From Alphaproteobacteria bacterium (GTDB lineage Bacteria > Pseudomonadota > Alphaproteobacteria > UBA7985): a stretch of DNA of 64,000 nucleotides. This document shows positions 58,584-64,000 of the stretch, one piece after another. The position numbers and the translations under genes were made by a program. The stretch is taken from the NCBI GenBank assembly GCA_965229645.1, contig OZ245893.1:770529-834528 (forward strand), given 5' to 3'. The first letter of the stretch is position 1; every line of letters begins with the position of its first letter. The notes below the pieces were generated by a model. The model was not told where the DNA came from and did no database searches. It was given only the letters and a program-made list of their open reading frames with translations.

Positions 58584-59939
58584 ATGAAACAAGATTGGCT
58601 TGGAAATATCGTAACCGGTGCGAATGACGCGACACTCGCTGGGATCAATGACTTTATCGAAGGATTTTTGGCCTACGAGAACAAGGCCGCAAACATCCTA
58701 AAGGCCGTTGAAGAAGACCCCGACAATTGCCTGGCGAACGCCTACGCTGGGTTGTTTTACATGTTCCTCGAGAGCAAGGACGCGCCAGGATTGGCAAGGC
58801 CCTACGTGGAAAAAGCCGAAGCTGTGGCCAAGGACGCAACACGCCGTGAGCAAATGAACGTGGCCGCCGTCCGCGCTTGGGTCGACAATGATATTCCCCA
58901 GGCAATCAGACTGTCTGAGGAGATTGCGACCGAATTCCCACGCGATCTCGCCATTGTTAAATCAGCCCAATACCACCAGTTCAACCTTGGTAATTGCGCG
59001 GGCATGTTGAAACTGGCTGAGTTGGTTTATGACAAGAACGCCGACGTTCCCTATATGCACGGCTTGGCAGCATTCGGCTACGAGCAATGCCATCTCCTCG
59101 ACGAGGCCGAAGCCTCTGCGCGCAAAGCAATCGAGATCAGGCGTAAGGAACCTTGGGCGCATCATGCCCTTGCGCATGTTATGATCACCCAAGGGCGAAT
59201 TCAGGAGAGCATTCAATTCCTCAACGACGTGAGCGACACATGGGTCGATTTGAACTCGTTCATGCTCACGCATAATTGGTGGCATCTAGGGTTAAATTTG
59301 ATCAGCCGAGGACGCAATGACGAAACCTTGAAGCTCTATGACGAAAAGGTCTGGGGTGTATGGAAGGAATACTCGCAAGACCAAGTCGGGGCGGTATCGC
59401 TGTTGATGCGACTGGAACTGGTTGGCGTCGATGTGGGAGACCGCTGGAAGGACCTCGGGGAGTACTTGAAGGTACGAACCGATGATTTTGTCCAACCGTT
59501 CCTTACCATGCAGTATCTCTACGGCTTGGCCAGGGCAGAACTCGCAGAGGCAGATACGTTGATGGACAATTTGCGAAACTTTGCCGATCAAGCCCCAGAC
59601 TTTGTTCGCGACGCTTGGCAGAATGTCGCCCTGATCGCCTGCGAAGGCCTCTTGGCCCATGCGCGCGGCGATTACTCGACAGCCTTCGCAAAAATGTCGG
59701 TGGCGGGACCACGCTTGCTCGAGATTGGCGGCAGTCATGCGCAACGGGCCCTGTTCGACCAAGTTCTGCTCGACTGCATGATCAAGACCGGTCGCTACGG
59801 GCAGGCTCAGCAAGTCCTCGAATCTGGTCGCGCGCATAACCCGCTCGACCGGCCAACGAACAACAAACTCGTCAACGTTTACACTCAACTGGGTCTGGGA
59901 CGTGAGGCCGCCCAAGCACGCGCACGTTTGGTCGCCTAA
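58584..59939 (+). CDS. TPR-repeat protein, TTC38-like family
   Basis: 451 aa, all-helical. Strong GAGGAGG RBS. Starts 1 nt after the permease stop. Confidence 0.5.
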   Translation: MKQDWLGNIVTGANDATLAGINDFIEGFLAYENKAANILKAVEEDPDNCLANAYAGLFYMFLESKDAPGLARPYVEKAEAVAKDATRREQMNVAAVRAWVDNDIPQAIRLSEEIATEFPRDLAIVKSAQYHQFNLGNCAGMLKLAELVYDKNADVPYMHGLAAFGYEQCHLLDEAEASARKAIEIRRKEPWAHHALAHVMITQGRIQESIQFLNDVSDTWVDLNSFMLTHNWWHLGLNLISRGRNDETLKLYDEKVWGVWKEYSQDQVGAVSLLMRLELVGVDVGDRWKDLGEYLKVRTDDFVQPFLTMQYLYGLARAELAEADTLMDNLRNFADQAPDFVRDAWQNVALIACEGLLAHARGDYSTAFAKMSVAGPRLLEIGGSHAQRALFDQVLLDCMIKTGRYGQAQQVLESGRAHNPLDRPTNNKLVNVYTQLGLGREAAQARARLVA

Positions 59940-59955
59940 ACTAAGACGCGCCAGT

Positions 59956-60000
59956 ATGAAAGATCAGCGCTGCGACGGTTCCGTGATGGATGCTGCGACT
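59956..60000. repeat. Solitary fragment of the nested-palindrome repeat core
   Basis: GGTTCCGTGATGGATGCTGCGACTGCGCGCAGCATGAC matches the array cores. The flanking array-type sequence is absent. Confidence 0.7.
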
Positions 60001-60197
60001 GCGCGCAGCATGACTTCTCGTTGGGGGTCTTCGTTCTTGGGGCTGATGCGTCTTTGCGGGTGGCAAAATCGCAAACCACCCCGTCGGGCGTCACCTCTAC
60101 CCCTTCTGGGAGAGGAAAATTGGAATGCAGGAGGCTGCTGATATTAATGTGATTGCCAGTGATTTTGTTCGCGCCTGGTCTCGTCTTAGAAGGGCCT

Positions 60198-61007
60198 ATG
60201 GTTTCGCGTGCTACTATTCTCGTTTCCCTACTAACCCTCGTTCTGGGACTGGGGGCTGGGGCTTATGGGTTTCGGCTTTACTTGGGCAGTTTGCAGTTCA
60301 CCGATTTGAGTGGCGATCCGCAGAGTCTGTTGACGGTCGATCATGGCCAGTTTCAGGATCTGCTCGACGCGCATCTCAAGACCGACTTTGACGACGGTAT
60401 TCACCGCTTTGACTATCGCGCCGCCCTGGCCGACAAGGCGCAGTTGGCGGCCTATTTGGCTGGGCTGCAAGCCATTGACCCCGCGGCCTTGGGCACCGAC
60501 GAGGCGCTGGCCTACTGGCTCAACTTTTACAATGCGGGCATGATCCACCTGATCTTGACGCGCGGGGAGTTTGGGCGGGTCATCGATCAGCAAGCCTACT
60601 ACTTTTTGACCGACCATTTCACCGTGGCGGACCAGGGCGTGTCGCTCGACAAGATCGAGAATCAGATCATCCGCCAGCAATGGGCCGAACCGCGCATTCA
60701 CTACGGCCTGAATTGCGCGAGCCTGTCGTGCCCCAATTTGCAGCCGCGCGTCTTTATGGGCGCGACGCTTGAGGCGCAACTGGACGCTGCGGCTCGCGCC
60801 TATATCAATCATCCGCGCGGGGTTGAGGGGTTGCAAGGGCGTCGCCTCGTGGTTTCGGAGATTTTTGATTGGTTCGCCGACGACTTCGGCGGCACCGACG
60901 CCGCGACCCTCGCGCACCTAGCGACCTATGCCGAGGCTGACCTGAGCCCCGCGCGGCGCTTGCGGTTTTTACCCTACGACTGGACCTTGAACATCATCCC
61001 AGAATGA
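60198..61007 (+). CDS. DUF547-domain protein with N-terminal membrane anchor
   Basis: YWLNFYNAGMI and GLNCASLSCPNL are the DUF547 hallmark blocks. Confidence 0.6.
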   Translation: MVSRATILVSLLTLVLGLGAGAYGFRLYLGSLQFTDLSGDPQSLLTVDHGQFQDLLDAHLKTDFDDGIHRFDYRAALADKAQLAAYLAGLQAIDPAALGTDEALAYWLNFYNAGMIHLILTRGEFGRVIDQQAYYFLTDHFTVADQGVSLDKIENQIIRQQWAEPRIHYGLNCASLSCPNLQPRVFMGATLEAQLDAAARAYINHPRGVEGLQGRRLVVSEIFDWFADDFGGTDAATLAHLATYAEADLSPARRLRFLPYDWTLNIIPE

Positions 61008-62260
61008 GTCTTCCGCTCGCGCTCTGCGCGCTCGGCGGTCTTTGGTGCCTCTGGCTTTGGCACGTCTCCCGCGCGGCTTGGCGACCCAGCGGCACGGCAA
61101 GCGTTTGGGCTTTGCTTGCCGTGGTACTGGTGGCCGTGGCGCTTCGCGTCCTCGCCGTCGCCCTACCAGCTTATGAGGAGGTCGATTTCTACCGCTATTT
61201 CTGGGACGCCAAGCAGGTGCTGAACGGGTTTAGCCCCTATGCCCATCCCATAAGCGACGCGCTCGGCCCCCTGCCCGCAGATTTGGCGGCCTTGCAAGAC
61301 CAAGAAGCTGCTTTGCTCTCCCACATCCGTCAGGATACCTTGCTGTTTTCAACCCTCTACGCGCCGCTAGCCCTCGGCGTTTTTGCGGGGCTCGACCTGC
61401 TCCCTGGCCCCCTGCCTCTGGCGTTCGTTTGCAGTTTTGTCCTCGCCGAAGCGGCGACACTGCTCCTGCTGCGCCGACACGCCGACAATCCATCGGTCCG
61501 TTGGTTCGGGCTTGGGGCGCTGACGCTCAACCCTCTGCTGATTCTTGTTACCTACAACGGTTTGCACTTTGACATTTGGTTGCTGCCCCTCTTGGTCGGA
61601 TGGGTTTTGACGCTGCGCGCGGGCGCGCCGACGCGGGCGCTGCTGCTGCTCGGGCTGGCCATCGCCCTGCGCCATTGGGCGATCGTGCTGCTGCCCTTAA
61701 GCCTCATGGCCTTGCCAACCTGGCGCGCGCGCGTGGTGAGTGGGCTCGCCATGGGCTGTGTTCTCCTGATCGTGTTTCTCCCCCAAGGTCTGCACTTCTT
61801 TTCCGATCACTCGGGGCTGCGCGTCTATGGACGCCAGTGGGAGATGAACGATGCCTTGTTCCTCTTGCTCGACGCCGCAATGGGTCAGTCCCCCGCCCGT
61901 GCTGTCGCCCTAGGGGTGCCGCTGGTCCTGGCCCTGATCTTGCCCTTCACCAGGCTGCGCGACCCCGCCCTTTTGGGGCTCATCCTCGTCGGTGCCTTGC
62001 TGCTGCTGAGCCCGACGTTCTTTCCCTGGTACTGGCTTTGGCTCGTGCCCTATTGCCTGCTCTCATCGCATCCGCTACGCTGGCCTGGGTTGGCCCTCGG
62101 CGCAAGTCTCCCCCTCTACTACGCGCGGTTTTGGTTTGACGCGCGAGGGCAGAGCGCGCTGTTCGATCAGGTCCTGGTCTGGATCGAGTTTGGGCCGATT
62201 TTGGTCTTGGTAATTTTGGCTTTTTGGAAGGCGCTTGACGCCCCAACCAAGACATCTTAG
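61004..62260 (+). CDS. Polytopic membrane protein, GT-C-fold glycosyltransferase-like (DUF2029-like)
   Basis: 418 aa with more than 10 predicted TM segments. ATGA overlap with the DUF547 gene. Confidence 0.4.
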   Translation: MSLPLALCALGGLWCLWLWHVSRAAWRPSGTASVWALLAVVLVAVALRVLAVALPAYEEVDFYRYFWDAKQVLNGFSPYAHPISDALGPLPADLAALQDQEAALLSHIRQDTLLFSTLYAPLALGVFAGLDLLPGPLPLAFVCSFVLAEAATLLLLRRHADNPSVRWFGLGALTLNPLLILVTYNGLHFDIWLLPLLVGWVLTLRAGAPTRALLLLGLAIALRHWAIVLLPLSLMALPTWRARVVSGLAMGCVLLIVFLPQGLHFFSDHSGLRVYGRQWEMNDALFLLLDAAMGQSPARAVALGVPLVLALILPFTRLRDPALLGLILVGALLLLSPTFFPWYWLWLVPYCLLSSHPLRWPGLALGASLPLYYARFWFDARGQSALFDQVLVWIEFGPILVLVILAFWKALDAPTKTS

Positions 62261-62311
62261 CGCGGTCGAAGGGAAGATAGACTTCCCTAGTCTAAACTGG
62301 AAGAGTTTTAG

Positions 62312-63343
62312 ATGTCTTATCAGTTCGATATAGTGACCTTCATTGGAAGGTTTCAGCCGTTTCACAGCGGTCACAAATCTGTTGTTGATCGGGCGCTCGG
62401 CGTCTCTGAACAAGTGAACCTTGTCGTCGGGTGTTATGGCGAGCCCAGATCTCCGCGCAACCCCTTCACATTCGACGAACGGGTCGAGATGGTTAAGTCC
62501 TGCTACCCTGACCTTGTCAGCGCTGGCAGGCTGCATTTCACCGCGCAAGTTGACCATACCTATAACGACGCGCGCTGGATTTCAGATATCCAAAAATCGG
62601 TCGATACCCTGGCCAAAGCGCGCGAAGACTTGCGGCATCCGCGCGTCGGCCTCATCGGGCATTCCAAAGATCATACCAGCTATTACTTGCGGTCGTTTCC
62701 CAACTGGGAAAGTGTCGAGGTTGAGAACTATCAAGACATCAACGCGACCCAGCTCCGAAGCCACATATTCGGCGGTCGTGTCGAGAAATTGAAGGTTCCA
62801 GACGCTGTCAGCCTTTGGATCCAGAGGTGGGTTCGCGACCAGAGCCAGGTCTTTCAATCCGTCGCTGAAGAGCATCAGTATGTCCGCGCCTATAAAAAAC
62901 AATGGGAAAGCGCGCCCTACCCGCCAACCTTTGTGACGACGGGCGCGCTCGTCGTTCAGTCGGGTCATATCCTGATGGTGCGGCGGCGGTCGAAGCCTGG
63001 AAAGGGATTGCTGGCCCTGCCTGGCGGGTTTCTTACCCAAGACGAGACTCTGATCGACTGTGCCATCGCCCAGCTCAAACAAGAGACCCAGATTGGCATT
63101 CATCCCATCGACCTCAAGCGGTCTATGAACAAAACACGCATATTCGACGATCCGCACCGATCGCAGAGAGGACGGACACTCGCCGTTGCCTTTTTGTTTG
63201 AACTTCAAAATCGCCTCAAACTCCCTAAAGTCAAAGGTTCAGACGAGGCCGAACAGGTCAGTTGGGTACCGCTCGGGCGACTGAAGCGATCCGAGTGCTT
63301 TGAAGACCACTATTGCATCATTGAAGAGATGGTACAGATTTGA
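62312..63343 (+). CDS. nadM: Bifunctional NMN adenylyltransferase / Nudix hydrolase (NadM-type)
   Basis: N-terminal GRFQPFHSGH nucleotidyltransferase motif. C-terminal Nudix-like box (GGFLTQDETLIDCAIAQLKQETQIG). Confidence 0.65.
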   Translation: MSYQFDIVTFIGRFQPFHSGHKSVVDRALGVSEQVNLVVGCYGEPRSPRNPFTFDERVEMVKSCYPDLVSAGRLHFTAQVDHTYNDARWISDIQKSVDTLAKAREDLRHPRVGLIGHSKDHTSYYLRSFPNWESVEVENYQDINATQLRSHIFGGRVEKLKVPDAVSLWIQRWVRDQSQVFQSVAEEHQYVRAYKKQWESAPYPPTFVTTGALVVQSGHILMVRRRSKPGKGLLALPGGFLTQDETLIDCAIAQLKQETQIGIHPIDLKRSMNKTRIFDDPHRSQRGRTLAVAFLFELQNRLKLPKVKGSDEAEQVSWVPLGRLKRSECFEDHYCIIEEMVQI

Positions 63344-63400
63344 CGCCGTTCGCCCGTGCGCTTGTTCCAATCGATCTAGAACTCGCTATAGGGGCCGCTC

Positions 63401-64000
63401 ATGCCCGAGCCCGCATCCTTGCCCGTCAGCCTGATTATTCCTGCCTTGAACGAAGCGCAGAGCCTGCCCTTGCTCGCCCCTCGGATTCCGACCTGGGTCG
63501 ATGAGGTGATCGTGGTGGACAACGCCAGTAGCGATGCCACAGGGCGCGTCGCGACCGACCTGGGGTTTCGCTGCGTTTATGAAGCCCAGCGCGGCTACGG
63601 TGCGGCGGCTTGGGCGGGGGCGCAAGCGGCGACGGGGCAGATCTTTGCCTTCGCCGCTGCCGATGGCAGCGACCCTGTCGATCTGCTCGGGCAGATTCTT
63701 GCCCCTATTCGCGCGGGCCAAGCGGCCTTTGTACTCTCCGCGCGCCAACCAGCCCCTGGCGCGCTGACGTTGGCGCAACGCTGGGGCAATGCCTTGGCCT
63801 GCGCGCTGATCCGCCTGCGCTGGGGCGTCAAGTTCATGGACTTAGGCGCCTTTCGGGCCTTGCGGCGCGACACCTTCGCGGCGCTGGCCATGGCCGATCG
63901 CGGCTTTGGCTGGACTTTCGAGATGCAAGCCAAGGTCGCGGCCCGCGGTGTGCCCTGGCGACACGTCCCCCTGCCCTACGGCGTGCGCCAGGCGGGTGCG
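63401..64000 (+). CDS. Family 2 glycosyltransferase (Dpm1/GtrB-like), 3' end beyond window
   Basis: VSLIIPALNEAQSLP...VIVVDNASSDATG; open to the window end. Confidence 0.65.
   Translation, partial: MPEPASLPVSLIIPALNEAQSLPLLAPRIPTWVDEVIVVDNASSDATGRVATDLGFRCVYEAQRGYGAAAWAGAQAATGQIFAFAAADGSDPVDLLGQILAPIRAGQAAFVLSARQPAPGALTLAQRWGNALACALIRLRWGVKFMDLGAFRALRRDTFAALAMADRGFGWTFEMQAKVAARGVPWRHVPLPYGVRQAGA

Overview
High-GC (roughly 60-65% by eye) chromosomal window of alphaproteobacterial type. Most of it is conserved housekeeping and catabolic operons; several low-GC accessory insertions and two dispersed repeat families are embedded in it. Left to right: (1) a truncated IS630-family IS, MITE-like repeats and tRNA-Ser(UGA) at 1-1418; (2) a betaine/methylamine-type operon on the minus strand (DMGDH-family dehydrogenase, small ORF, Rieske oxygenase, tandem-SnoaL protein), translationally coupled to a low-GC islet (RgpF-like protein, 2OG-Fe(II) oxygenase) at 6.3-9.1 kb; (3) a PotD-like binding protein and the Entner-Doudoroff operon zwf-pgl-edd-eda, then phosphoglucomutase, galT-galK, tRNA-Leu(UAG), tig-clpP-clpX and a HupE/UreJ transporter; (4) a minus-strand catabolic block (FGGY kinase, CoA-transferase III, FAD oxidoreductase, aldehyde DH, DapA-family enzyme, MttB-family methyltransferase, CN-hydrolase, LuxR regulator) facing a PotABCD-type ABC transporter and an amidohydrolase; (5) the most unusual part, 39.2-47.6 kb. 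A tyrosine-integrase islet sits at the 3' end of the amidohydrolase gene, flanked by a ~390-bp imperfect direct repeat of that gene end. It carries an IS630 remnant and low-GC cargo: an ATP-grasp protein, a pentapeptide-repeat protein, and a two-gene cassette of unknown function. It is interleaved with three arrays of a ~195-bp high-GC nested-palindrome tandem repeat and with segmental duplications. After it come (6) an FAD monooxygenase, an aldo/keto reductase, two convergent LysR regulators, an amidase with a Liv-type ABC transporter (livF-like gene frameshifted at a G7 tract), a TTC38-like TPR protein, and a DUF547 / GT-C-like / NadM / GT2 cluster. A second repeat family is a ~200-260-bp MITE-like element with terminal inverted repeats ATACCARCGGC...GCCGCTGGTAT. 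It occurs in at least six full or miniature copies, often placed 14-22 bp upstream of start codons or exactly filling convergent-gene gaps.
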